Part shown: one piece after another, positions 30,492 to 39,489 of the stretch | Numbering within the stretch: the first letter of the stretch is position 1 | How the letters are laid out: each line of letters opens with the position of its first letter | Origin: an uncultured Acidobacteriota bacterium | GTDB taxonomy: Bacteria > Acidobacteriota > Thermoanaerobaculia > Multivoradales > JBCCEF01 | Direction: 5' to 3' | DNA: 64,000 nt | Assembly: GCA_963730155.1 (NCBI GenBank) | Contig: CAVSQV010000002.1 | Coordinates: 495,250 to 559,249, forward strand | Notes under the pieces: model-generated | Told to the model about the DNA's origin: nothing | Seen by the model: only the letters and a program-made list of their open reading frames with translations | Databases searched by the model: none | Program-made: the position numbers and the translations under genes

Positions 30492-32026
30492 ATGGAAATG
30501 ATCGAGGCAGCTCGTGAGGCCGTGCGGACCCTACCCCCGTGGTACTGGCCGCTGGCCGCCTATCTGCTCTGGTTCGTCTCGGCCGTTCTCTATCTCCTGG
30601 TTCGCGGGTGGCTCTGGGCGGTGGGCGCGGGTCGCCGGTGCCGGCTGACCGCCCCCAGCGACGCAGCCCTGGCTGACGGGTTCGCCCCTCGTGAGCATAC
30701 CGGCGCGGATCTGCTGGTTACCTCGTACACGGAACCTGGGGCGGCCCCAGCGACTGGCACCAGCCGGGGAGCTGGTTCCGCACGCGGCTCGCCGAAGAGC
30801 TCGGCAGGCGGGGGGTCCAGAAGCTGCGGTTCCGGCAGTTCCTCTGGTCAGGGAGCAACTCGGTCCGGGGGCGGGAACGGGCGGCGAAGATCCTCGGCGA
30901 GATCGGTGCCCGCGGTCGATCGGCCGCGACCGAGGTGGTCGTCGCGCACAGCCATGGCGCTCACGTCGTGCTCCGCTCGTGGCTCTGCGGCAACGGGCGG
31001 GGGCGGGCCGCCGGGGCCGTCGCGGGCCTCGCCTGCCTCGGCACCCCGTTCCTGGTCGGGAGCCCGCGGGAGCGGCGCCGCAGGGCCGCAGTGGCGGTCG
31101 GTCTCGCTCCGCTGATCGCCGCGCTCCCCCTGGCCTGGGAGGCCTGGACATCCGGCAGTCCGGCGCCATGGATCGCAGCCGCCATCCTGATGCTCCTCCT
31201 CCTGGTGGGTTCCGCCCTGAGGATCGGCCTGGGGGTCAACCGGTGCCTGCTCCCGGGGACTGGACTGCCCGCCGCGGTCGGCGGCAAGCTCCTCGTGGTG
31301 CGCGCTTCCGGCGACGAGGCCAGTGGCGTGCTGAGCGTCGCCTACATGGCGACCTGGGTGGTCAACAAGGCGGTCGCCCTGCTCGGGGCCAGGACCACTA
31401 CCCGGCGTTCCGTCGCGACCGCCTCCGGCTCGCGATCCGTCCTCCGCCGCTTGGCGCGGCTCTACCTCAGGCTGTTCGCGGGTCTCGTGATCCTCGCCGG
31501 CATCGTGGTGACGGTCGGCCTGGTCTCGGATCCCTCGAGCCGACAGGCCTGGTGGGAGGCGGCGGTCGGTGGTGTCTTGCTTTCGGGGATACTTGCGCTG
31601 GTCATCCTGGGCCTGTGCCTTGTAGTTCAGGGCCTCGGGAAGCTGGTCTCCATGGTGGTCGAGCTACTCGGCCAGCTGGCCGTTGGCGCCCTCCTCCTTC
31701 CCTTCGGGCCGGAGTACATCCTCGCATCACCCTTCGTCCTGGTGACGTCAGAGGCGGTTCCCCCGGTCGAGAACGGCGGCCGCGTCGCGGCGGTGGTGCA
31801 ACTGGGCCTCGGTGTCGGCGACCGGTCCGGCATTCAGCACTCCGTCTACAACCACGAGCGAACTCCCGAGTGCGTCGCGGAGTGGATTCTGCGGGACTGC
31901 CTCCCGGCTTCGCGGCCCGCTCCCCGCAAGCCCCGGACCGCGCGGAGGCGCCGGAAGGCTAGGGCACGGTCTCAACCGAGCAGCCGCTCGCGCGCCTCCG
32001 GCGGCGGCAGCTTGCAGACGTCGTAG
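30492..32026 (+). CDS. Membrane-embedded alpha/beta hydrolase (lipase/PGAP1-like); a probable frameshift near 30695-30715 separates the N-terminal TM anchor from the hydrolase domain
   Basis: Frame 0 carries MEMIEAAREAVRTLPPWYWPLAAYLLWFVSAVLYLLV. Frame 2, which has no start codon of its own, carries YLVHGTWGGPSDWHQPGSWFRTRLAEELGRRGVQKLRFRQFLWSGSNS...VVVAHSHGAHV (GxSxG-type nucleophile elbow). Later come VVRASGDEASG and IQHSVYNH, interleaved with five or more hydrophobic helices. Confidence 0.6.
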
Positions 32027-33321
32027 CGGCCGAACCAGCGGTAGCGGTTGGCGGCGACCCAGCGGTAGACGGCGTCGCGCAGCGGCCGCGGCAGGACGCG
32101 CAGCCACGACGCCGGCCGCCAGATGCCGCCGAGCGCGTCGAGGGTGGCGAGCACGCCGTCCGAGCGCAGGTAGGCGCGCTCGCGGTCCGATCCCTGGTCG
32201 CGGAGGAAGACCATCGTCCCCGGGGCGCCCGGCTCGGCTCCGCTCTCGGTGCCGGTCTCGGTCCCGCCGTCCTCCCCGGCGCCGCCGGCCGCCAGCTCGC
32301 CGAGCCCGATCTGTTCGAGCGCCCGGCGGGCGGTGTCGCCCTGAAGCGGCGCATAGGAAAGGACGCCGTCGCGGTCCTCGGCGAGGAGGAACTGGACCAG
32401 CCGGTCGCACAGGCCGCAAACGCCGTCGTAGAGCACCAGGTGGCGGGCGCCCGGGACCGGCCGGCGGCCGGGGAGCCAGCGCCGGTCGAAGGTGAAGAGG
32501 TGGGCCAGGAGCATCCCGGCGGTGAGGTCGGCGAAGGCGACCATCGACAGGATGCCGAGCTGGAGCAGCACCGCCGCCAGCCACCACCAGGGGCGGCTGC
32601 GGCGGAAGAGCGCGAGCGGCACGGCGAGGATCTCGACCGCCAGCGCGCCCCAGGTGGCGAGGTGCAGGAGCGGCGCCGCCGCGCCCAGCACGTCGCGTAG
32701 CGGCCCCGGCCGCGCCAGCGGGTTGTCGAGCACGTGGGCGAGCGCCGAGCCGTCGACCCAGCTCGGGCTCGCGAGCTTGACCAGTCCGCTGAAGGTGTAG
32801 CCGGCCGCGAGCAGGATCCAGGCGACGTGGAAGACCGAGGCCGGGAAGCTCCAGCCGTCCGCCGCCGCCCGCCGGCGCAGCGACCAGCCCTCGCCCGGCG
32901 GCACCAGCGCGGTGAGCAGCAGCATCGAGCCGACGTAGGGGAGCGACGGGTTGGCGATCAGGTTGTTGCGGCCGAAGAGACAGGCGAGGCCGAACCAGAG
33001 CGCCACCGCCACCGTCCGCCGTGCGACGCCGGCGGCGAAGAGGAGCGACAGGGCGGTCAGCGCCACGAGCCAGCCGGTCACCGTCCAGGTCGCGTCCCAG
33101 AGCGCGAGCGGGTTCGGGAAGAGGCCGTGGAGCGGGTTGACCGCCGGGTCGGGGAAGACCCCCGCGCGGCTGAAGAGCTCCGGCCCCCAGGGCACCAGGC
33201 GCGCGCAGTGCCAGGCCAGGTAGAGGCCGAAGAGCCAGCGGAAGAGCGCGAACTGGTGGGGCGTCACCGGCGCCGCGCCGGAGAACCAGCCGGCGAGCCA
33301 TCTCCCGGCCGACTGGATCAC
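31972..33321 (-). CDS. HTTM (vitamin-K-dependent gamma-carboxylase-like) membrane domain fused to a DCC-family (DUF393) thiol-disulfide oxidoreductase domain
   Basis: The N-terminal polytopic region (FALFRWLFGLYLAWHC...) is HTTM-like. The C-terminal LVLYDGVCGLCDRLVQFLLAEDRDGVLSYAPLQG...VYRWVAANRYRWFG is the DCC/DUF393 signature. The GTG start overlaps the TGA of the upstream ORF. Confidence 0.65.
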   Translation of the reverse strand: MIQSAGRWLAGWFSGAAPVTPHQFALFRWLFGLYLAWHCARLVPWGPELFSRAGVFPDPAVNPLHGLFPNPLALWDATWTVTGWLVALTALSLLFAAGVARRTVAVALWFGLACLFGRNNLIANPSLPYVGSMLLLTALVPPGEGWSLRRRAAADGWSFPASVFHVAWILLAAGYTFSGLVKLASPSWVDGSALAHVLDNPLARPGPLRDVLGAAAPLLHLATWGALAVEILAVPLALFRRSRPWWWLAAVLLQLGILSMVAFADLTAGMLLAHLFTFDRRWLPGRRPVPGARHLVLYDGVCGLCDRLVQFLLAEDRDGVLSYAPLQGDTARRALEQIGLGELAAGGAGEDGGTETGTESGAEPGAPGTMVFLRDQGSDRERAYLRSDGVLATLDALGGIWRPASWLRVLPRPLRDAVYRWVAANRYRWFGRYDVCKLPPPEARERLLG

Positions 33322-33803
33322 GGCGCGCACGCCGCCTCCAGCCGCCACGAGTCGCGCGAGCCGCGGGTCCTGGACTCGATCTCGACCGTCACCCGCACCG
33401 CATCCACCGGCACTCCCAGCTCGGCGCGCAGAGGGCCGCCCGGTTCGAGACCGTGGCAGAAGACCGCCTCCCACACCTCGCGCGGCAGCTTCGGCCCGTA
33501 GGCGAGCGCGGCGCCGTAGACATTGCGGCGGTTGTACGGTCCGGCGAGTCCGCGCGCCGACTCGGGGGTCAGCTCGATCGCCGTCTCCGAGCCGTCCGGC
33601 CGTTCGGCGATCAGCGTGAAGCGCGCGGCGAAGGTCTCGTAGCCGTCGACCGCCGAGAACACCTTGGGCAGCGGCGACGCCATGGTCGCGAGCGCGATCC
33701 CCTTGACCGGCGCCCACCCGGCGGCGTCGCCGGCCATCGCGGCCAAGCCGACGACCAGGAGCGCCAGCGCCCCGGCGTCGCGGCGGGTGAATCGAGGGGT
33801 CAT
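33318..33803 (-). CDS. Membrane-anchored protein of unknown function, translationally coupled to the HTTM-DCC gene
   Basis: The N-terminus is MTPRFTRRDAGALALLVVGLAAMAG, followed by a soluble domain with no motif I recognise. The stop/start overlap is GTGA. Confidence 0.5.
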   Translation of the reverse strand: MTPRFTRRDAGALALLVVGLAAMAGDAAGWAPVKGIALATMASPLPKVFSAVDGYETFAARFTLIAERPDGSETAIELTPESARGLAGPYNRRNVYGAALAYGPKLPREVWEAVFCHGLEPGGPLRAELGVPVDAVRVTVEIESRTRGSRDSWRLEAACAP

Positions 33804-33990
33804 CGGTTCGGCGTCCGGGATGCCCGCCGAGTCTATGGGAAGCGGCACCCGGCCGGCCCGGCGGGACGAGGCGGCGCCGGAGGCTGGCACGCTGGGCGGC
33901 TCCGACAGTGAGAGGATCCTGATCCGCGGTGGCTGTTAAGCTACGGGTGGCTGACGAGCGGCGACTCGCTGTTTCAGCCGGGAGTCGACG

Positions 33991-34251
33991 ATGACGATCA
34001 CACTGGACCTGCCCAAAGATTTGGAGCGCGACCTGGCAGCCGAGGCTGCTCGACAGGGCCTGCCCGTCGAACAGTACGCCTTGAGCCTGCTGTCCAAGGA
34101 CCGCGGCATCGGCGAGCAGCCGAGGACAGGCGCCGAGTTGGTCGAGTACTGGCGACGCGAGGGGCTGATCGGCTACCGATCCGACATTCGGGACAGTGCA
34201 TCCCACGCCCGGCGGCTGCGGCAGAAGGCTGAGCGCCGGACCAGCGCCTGA
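33991..34251 (+). CDS. vapB: VapB-type antitoxin
   Basis: An 86-aa ORF sits directly upstream of a PIN gene. G+C is lower than in the flanks. Confidence 0.7.
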   Translation: MTITLDLPKDLERDLAAEAARQGLPVEQYALSLLSKDRGIGEQPRTGAELVEYWRREGLIGYRSDIRDSASHARRLRQKAERRTSA

Positions 34252-34259
34252 CATCGAAC

Positions 34260-34643
34260 ATGCTCCTGCTGGATGCGGACGTACTGATCGACGTTCAGCG
34301 GGGGCATGCCCCGGCGGTCCGGTGGTTCGCGAACCTGTCCGTCCCCCCTGCGGTGCCGGGCCTGGTCGTCATGGAGCTGATCCAGGACGCCGAGAACCGC
34401 GAGCAGGTGGAGATGGCCCGGAAGCTGGTGGCGCCGCTACCGGTGGTCTGGCCCACCGAGGCCGACTGCAGCCGCGGCTTGGCCCTCTTCGAGACGTACC
34501 ACCTGTCCCATAGCATTGGGCTGCTCGACGCGCTGATCGGAGCCTGCGCCGTTGGGCTCGGTGCGACGCTCTGCACCTTCAACCTGAAGCACTACAGGGT
34601 GATCCCGGATCTCGTGACGGAGAGGCCATACTCCCGGACGTGA
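34260..34643 (+). CDS. vapC: PIN-domain ribonuclease toxin
   Basis: Acidic PIN residues are present in MLLLDADVLID..., ...MELIQDAE..., ...LLDALIGACA... and ...TFNLKHY. Confidence 0.85.
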   Translation: MLLLDADVLIDVQRGHAPAVRWFANLSVPPAVPGLVVMELIQDAENREQVEMARKLVAPLPVVWPTEADCSRGLALFETYHLSHSIGLLDALIGACAVGLGATLCTFNLKHYRVIPDLVTERPYSRT

Positions 34644-34672
34644 GGTTCCGGGTGCCTAGGTAGAGTCGGGCA

Positions 34673-35677
34673 ATGGACCCGCAGCACGCTCCGGCCGCCG
34701 CCTTCCCGCCGCTCACCCGGCTCGACCTGCGCGGCCGCGTGCCGAGCGCGGAGGAGGCGGCGGGGCTGGCGGCGGCGGTCGCGGCCGGCGAGCTGGTCGA
34801 GATCGACCTCCTGACCCCGGCCGAGGCCTCCGCGCTGGCCGAGGACCTCCTGGCGCTCCAGCGCGCCCGCGTGCCGGCGGGGGAGGAGTGCTACAGCCAG
34901 GTGCTCGCCGGCGAGGGGGGCGCCGCCTACAACTGGGGGACGGCGGCGGGGGAGGGGGCCGACCTCCTCGATCTCGCCGCGCATCCGCTGCTGGCGCGGG
35001 TCGCCGCCGGCGCTGCGGCGGTGGCGCGGGCGCTCGCGGGGGCGGCGGGAGAGGCCGCCGGGGCGCCGCTCCTCTCGCTGGTGCCGGCGCTGCGCAAGAC
35101 TCGCACCTTCCCGCGCTTCTTCCACCGCGACTCGCACCGCTCGGTCGACGAGCTGGACGCCGAGGGCGCGGCCGCGCGGCCGAGCGACTACGCCGCGGTC
35201 TGGGACCTCGGCCTCGAGCACAGCTCGGACGTCCTCGACGTCGCCTTCGTGCCGCGCGCCGCGCTGGCGGGCCCGGAGGGCGGCATCGCGCCGCGCTTCC
35301 GGCGCCTCTTCCAGCTCCAGGACCTCGACTTCCGCAACCTCACGGACGCCGAGATCGACGCCGTCCAGCCGCAGATGCGCGAGGAGGCGCTGCCGTTCCC
35401 CGAGCGGCAGCGGCGGCTCCTGCCGGGCCGTGCCTTCCTCTGGCACGACGACCGCTGGTTCCACTCCACCTACCTCCGCCGCGGCCGGCGGATCAAGGAG
35501 CTGGCCGGCCGCCCGCGCTCGATCCTGGTCGTCCGCGCCTTCGCCGGCGACGCCTACCGTTCGATCCCCTGGTCGGAGGCGGTGCGGCGGGTGCTGCCCG
35601 TCCTGCTCGGCGCCGGCGCGAACGGCGCGCCGGTGGGGAGCGCGTCGGCCGGCGACCGCGGGCCGCGCAGCGCGTAG
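34673..35677 (+). CDS. Hypothetical protein (possible HxD...H oxygenase-like motifs; weak)
   Basis: The ORF is 334 aa with non-artefactual composition in its second half (FPRFFHRDSHRS, LWHDDRWFHSTYLRRG). The 3' tail overlaps the convergent gene by about 120 nt. Confidence 0.4.
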   Translation: MDPQHAPAAAFPPLTRLDLRGRVPSAEEAAGLAAAVAAGELVEIDLLTPAEASALAEDLLALQRARVPAGEECYSQVLAGEGGAAYNWGTAAGEGADLLDLAAHPLLARVAAGAAAVARALAGAAGEAAGAPLLSLVPALRKTRTFPRFFHRDSHRSVDELDAEGAAARPSDYAAVWDLGLEHSSDVLDVAFVPRAALAGPEGGIAPRFRRLFQLQDLDFRNLTDAEIDAVQPQMREEALPFPERQRRLLPGRAFLWHDDRWFHSTYLRRGRRIKELAGRPRSILVVRAFAGDAYRSIPWSEAVRRVLPVLLGAGANGAPVGSASAGDRGPRSA

Positions 35678-37095
35678 AGCGCGAGCAGCAGCAGGGCCGG
35701 CGAGGCCGGCAGGCGCATCCGGTTGCCCTCGAGACCGTCGGTCAGGCACGGCACGACCAGCAGCCAGGCGAGGTGGAAAGCCCCGAGGGCGACGACCCAG
35801 TCGGCGGCGCCGCGCCGGCCGCGCCGGCGCAGCCAGCGCCACGCCGCGCCGGCGAGGACGGCCGGCAGCACGATCAGCCCGAACGCCGTGTAGGGGACCG
35901 GGCCGCCCCACACCAAGGTGTCGCGGTGGATCCCCAGTCCGGGCAGCGCGGCCTCGACCGCCGGCCGGAGGTCGGCGAAGGCGACCGCGGCGTGCGCTCG
36001 GCACCAGCCGCGCCAGACCGCCGAGTCGGGGCCCCGCGGCGTCCCCCAGTAGGAGTCGACCCAGGTCGGGCGCGCCCACATCAGGTAGTGCGCCACCGCC
36101 AGCTCGGCCCACGCCGCCGGCTCGGCGAACCGCCAGGCTACCGCTCGCCGGGTCAGGTCCGCGCGGGTGAGGAGGAAGACGTAGTGGTTCCAGTTGCGGC
36201 CGCCGAGGGTCTTGTCGGTGGCGTCGAGGAGCGGCGACCGCGCGACCCACTCGGGATGCTCCGCCGCCGCCCACTCGCGCGCCAGGGCCGGCGCCACCTC
36301 GCCCTGGTCGAGGAAGCGGGCGAGGTCGGGCTCGCGCACCGGCGTGCCGCGGGCGAGGTTGAAGCCGGTCCACGAGCTGTGGACCGGCGCGCCGAAGACG
36401 GCCAGGTTCTTGAGCGGCCAGAGGACGGCCATGGCGGCGAGGAGCGCCGCCGCGGCGACCAGCCGGCGCGGCCGGAGCGCCCCGAGACCGCCCAGCCGCG
36501 CCCGCGCCAGGACCGCCAGCGCGAGCGCCGCCGCCGCCCACAGGGGGTGATAGAGGCTCCGCGTCAGCACCGCCGCGGCCAGGGCGGCGGCCAGCGCGAA
36601 GAACCAGCGGTCGCCGCCCCCCTCGAGCCAGCGCAGGAGGCAGAGCAGCGAGGCGAGGAGCAGCGCGTAGAGCGGCAGCGTGTAGAAGAAGACCGACGAG
36701 TAGAAGTGGAAGCCGGGGTCGGCGAGGGCGAGCGCTACCGCGAGGGCCGCCGCGGCAGTCCCGCCGCCCGCCGCCCGGGCGAGCCGGAAGAGCATCAGCG
36801 CCGAGGCGAGCCCGAGCGCCGCGAAGAGCGGCGCCGCCACCGCCTCCGGCGCGACGCCGAGGCGCGCTGCGGCGTGGACCACCAGCGCGAGCAGCGCGTT
36901 GAGCCCGGGAGGCTGGCCGTGGAGCAGCGCCAGCGCCGTCCAGGGTCGGGCGATCAGCTCGCCCCGGTCGAGGAGCTGGAGCACCGGCCAGATGATCTGG
37001 AACCGCACGCCGGCCAGGTGCGCCAGACCGGCCGCCGCGAACCAGAGTGCGGCGGGGAGGGCAACCAGGAGCGGCCTGGGCCGGGGACCGGTCAT
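35554..37095 (-). CDS. Polytopic membrane protein, ArnT/PMT-like (GT39/GT83-type) glycosyltransferase fold (tentative)
   Basis: It has ten or more hydrophobic helices, a large loop (WTGFNLARGTP...NWNHYVFLL) and an ATG at 37095. The ORF-track extension upstream is an artefact. Confidence 0.45.
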   Translation of the reverse strand: MTGPRPRPLLVALPAALWFAAAGLAHLAGVRFQIIWPVLQLLDRGELIARPWTALALLHGQPPGLNALLALVVHAAARLGVAPEAVAAPLFAALGLASALMLFRLARAAGGGTAAAALAVALALADPGFHFYSSVFFYTLPLYALLLASLLCLLRWLEGGGDRWFFALAAALAAAVLTRSLYHPLWAAAALALAVLARARLGGLGALRPRRLVAAAALLAAMAVLWPLKNLAVFGAPVHSSWTGFNLARGTPVREPDLARFLDQGEVAPALAREWAAAEHPEWVARSPLLDATDKTLGGRNWNHYVFLLTRADLTRRAVAWRFAEPAAWAELAVAHYLMWARPTWVDSYWGTPRGPDSAVWRGWCRAHAAVAFADLRPAVEAALPGLGIHRDTLVWGGPVPYTAFGLIVLPAVLAGAAWRWLRRRGRRGAADWVVALGAFHLAWLLVVPCLTDGLEGNRMRLPASPALLLLALYALRGPRSPADALPTGAPFAPAPSRTGSTRRTASDQGIER

Positions 37096-37149
37096 CCGGC
37101 GGAGTCTAGTGACTCGGCGCTTCGGCGCGCCTGATAATCTCGCGCCGTC

Positions 37150-37716
37150 ATGCCCCGCATCACCCGCGTCACCACCCGGCAGGGCGACCTCGGCGAGACC
37201 GGCCTCGGCAGCAACCGCCGGGTGCCCAAGGACGATCCGCGGGTCGAGGCCTACGGCACCGTCGACGAGCTGATGGCGGCGATCGGCCTGGCGCTCGCCG
37301 GGGGCGAGCTGGACGAGCCGACCGCCGCCTGCCTCCAGCGCGTCCAGAACGAGCTGTTCCACCTGGGCTCCGACCTCTGCATCCCCGAGGCCGACAAGGA
37401 GCGCTTCCCGGGCCCGAAGATCGAGCCGCGCCACGTCGAAGCGCTCGAGGAGTACCAGGACCGGCTGATCGAGCGGCTCCCCCCGCTCCGTAACTTCGTC
37501 CTCCCCGGCGGCACGCCGGCCGCGGCGGCCCTCCACCTGGCGCGCACCGTCTGCCGCCGCGCCGAGCGCCGCGTGGTCACCCTCGCCCGCGCCGAGCCGG
37601 TCGGCCCGGAGGCGGTGCGCTACCTGAACCGGCTCTCCGACGTCCTGTTCACCATGGCGCGCTGGGAGATGCACCGCCGGGGCCTCCCCGAGCCGACCTG
37701 GGACAGCCGGGCGTAG
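37150..37716 (+). CDS. PduO-type ATP:cob(I)alamin adenosyltransferase
   Basis: Motifs are MPRITRVTTRQGDLGETGLGSNRRVPKDDPRVEAYGTVDELMAAIG and FVLPGGTPAAAALHLARTVCRRAER. Confidence 0.85.
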   Translation: MPRITRVTTRQGDLGETGLGSNRRVPKDDPRVEAYGTVDELMAAIGLALAGGELDEPTAACLQRVQNELFHLGSDLCIPEADKERFPGPKIEPRHVEALEEYQDRLIERLPPLRNFVLPGGTPAAAALHLARTVCRRAERRVVTLARAEPVGPEAVRYLNRLSDVLFTMARWEMHRRGLPEPTWDSRA

Positions 37717-37729
37717 GTCCCCGCGGGGG

Positions 37730-38329
37730 TTGCCGGAGATGAGCCCCGCGGCCGACCCCTTCGACCGCTTCGCCGCGCTCTACGAAGAGGTGGTGGCGAG
37801 CGGCGTCGGCGAGCCCGACGCCTTCGTCCTCGCCACCGCGGGCGCCGACGGCGAGCCGTGGACCCGCGCCCTCCTGCTCAAGGGCTTCGACCGCCGCGGC
37901 TTCGTCTTCTACACCAACCTCGGGAGCCGCAAGGGCCGTCAGATCGCCGAGAACCCACGGGTCAGCCTCCACTTCTTCTGGCGCAAGCTCGGCGGCCGCA
38001 ACCGCCAGGTGGTGATCCAGGGCCTCGCCGAGCCGGTCGCGCCCGAGGAGGCCGACGCCTACTTCGCGACCCGCCCGCGCGGCAGCCAGCTCGGCGCCTG
38101 GGCCTCGCGCCAGAGCGAGCCGCTCGCGAGCCGCGCCGAGCTCCTCGCCGCCGTCGGCCGCGCCGCGGTCCGCTTCCCCCTCAAGGTCCCCCGGCCGCCG
38201 CACTGGTCCGGCTTCCGGGTCGTGCCGCGCCGCTTCGAGTTCTGGGACGAGGGCCGCTTCCGCCTCCATGAGCGGACGGTCTACGAGCGTGAGGGGGAGG
38301 GGTGGCGGGTGGGCCGGGTTTATCCCTAG
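37730..38329 (+). CDS. pdxH: Pyridoxamine 5'-phosphate oxidase
   Basis: Motifs are RALLLKGFDRRGFVFYTNLGSRKGRQIAENPRVSLHFFW, RQVVIQG, YFATRPRGSQLGAWASRQS and WSGFRVVPRRFEFWDEGRFRLHER. The start may be the ATG at 37739. Confidence 0.9.
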   Translation: MPEMSPAADPFDRFAALYEEVVASGVGEPDAFVLATAGADGEPWTRALLLKGFDRRGFVFYTNLGSRKGRQIAENPRVSLHFFWRKLGGRNRQVVIQGLAEPVAPEEADAYFATRPRGSQLGAWASRQSEPLASRAELLAAVGRAAVRFPLKVPRPPHWSGFRVVPRRFEFWDEGRFRLHERTVYEREGEGWRVGRVYP

Positions 38330-38342
38330 CCCGGGGCGGCGA

Positions 38343-39351
38343 TCAGACCCGAGCGCCGCGTAGCGGGTTGTCGAACCCGCGCCGCTCGCCGCGCTCGATC
38401 AGGCGGCGGGTTTCCCAGATCACGTGGTCGTCGCCGCCGTCGGGCCGGGGCTCGGCGATCGTGATCGAGCGGCTCGCGTAGGTGCCGGCGGTCGAGAAGT
38501 GGACGACGAAGCTCTTGCGGGTGCGCGCGGGATCGCGCACCGGCGAGCCGCCGTGGCGCAGCGAGGCGTGCCAGATCAGGGCCTGGCCGCGGCGCGGCGT
38601 GAAGAACCGGGGCTCGAGCCCGCGGCGGCGCGCCTGCTCGTCGTCGAAGGCGGTGGCGGCGGCGACCTCGGCGGCGCCCATGACCCGGCCGTCGTATTCG
38701 TAGACCCCGGGCGCGAACTCGTAGTAGGGCAGCCGGTGCGAGCCCGGGATGTAGACCAGCGCGCCCGAGTCCGGGTGGATGTCCTCGAGCGCGATCCAGG
38801 CGGCCAGGAGGCGAAGCGGCGCGCCGGTCGGCACCACCACCGGGTCGCGGTGGAGGATCTGCTCGCTGCCGAACTGGAAGTAGAGCGACTGGATGGCAAC
38901 CGCGTCGCCGCCCAGGATCCGCCGCGCCGTGCCGTGGATCTCCTCGTCGAGGTAGAGGTCGAGCGCCGTCGCGCTGTGCGAGTGGAGGTCGTGGATTCGG
39001 CTGCCGCGCTTGCGGTCGCGCGGCTCGTCGGCGGTCGGGAAGCGCCGCGCCGGCCCGCCCGAGGCGTAGGCGAGGTCGGCCGGCTTGTCCTGCCAGGCGC
39101 GGTCGACGTCGGCCTCGATGGCCGCGAACGCCGCCGCCGGCAGCTCGAGGTCGAAGACCACGAACCCGTGCTCGGCGAAGTGGGCGAGGCGCTCGGCCTG
39201 GAGGTCGGAGACCTCGCCGCGCCGGAGCTTCTCCTCCAGCCGTTCGGCCCAGTCGGGCCGGTCGAGCCAGAGGCCGCTGTCGAGGTGGAGGCCGGGGCCG
39301 GGGGTGGAGGTCGGAGCGGTGCCGGGAGGGGGGACCGGGGATCGGCTGCAT
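38343..39351 (-). CDS. Phytanoyl-CoA dioxygenase (PhyH) family Fe(II)/2OG oxygenase; N-terminus probably displaced by a frameshift in a C/G homopolymer near 39325-39337
   Basis: Motifs are ILHRDPVV...WIALEDIHPDSGALVYIPGSHRLP...LIWHASLRHGG. The in-frame upstream sequence DRPDWAERLEEKLRRGEVSDLQAERLAHFAEHGFVVF is PhyH-like but has no start codon. The only ATG (39351) is in another frame. Confidence 0.7.
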
Positions 39352-39489
39352 GGCGGGTCAAGCTAGCACAACGAAACCGGCGGCGCCGCGAGTGGCGCCG
39401 CCGGTGATCGAGACCGAAGAAAGCTCTGAGTCGGGCAGGTTCCCGCGGGCGGATCCAGATCCGCCCGCGGGCGCCCGGGAAGCCGGCCT

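Noticed and set aside
35554-35677. A roughly 120-nt overlap of the convergent 3' ends of ORF 34673..35677 and the ArnT-like membrane gene, considered as a functional antisense overlap
   Set aside because: Both overlapping tails are low-complexity Ala/Gly/Pro/Arg/Ser sequence. It is more likely that one or both true stop codons lie earlier, or that they were displaced by an indel, given the frameshift problem elsewhere in the window.
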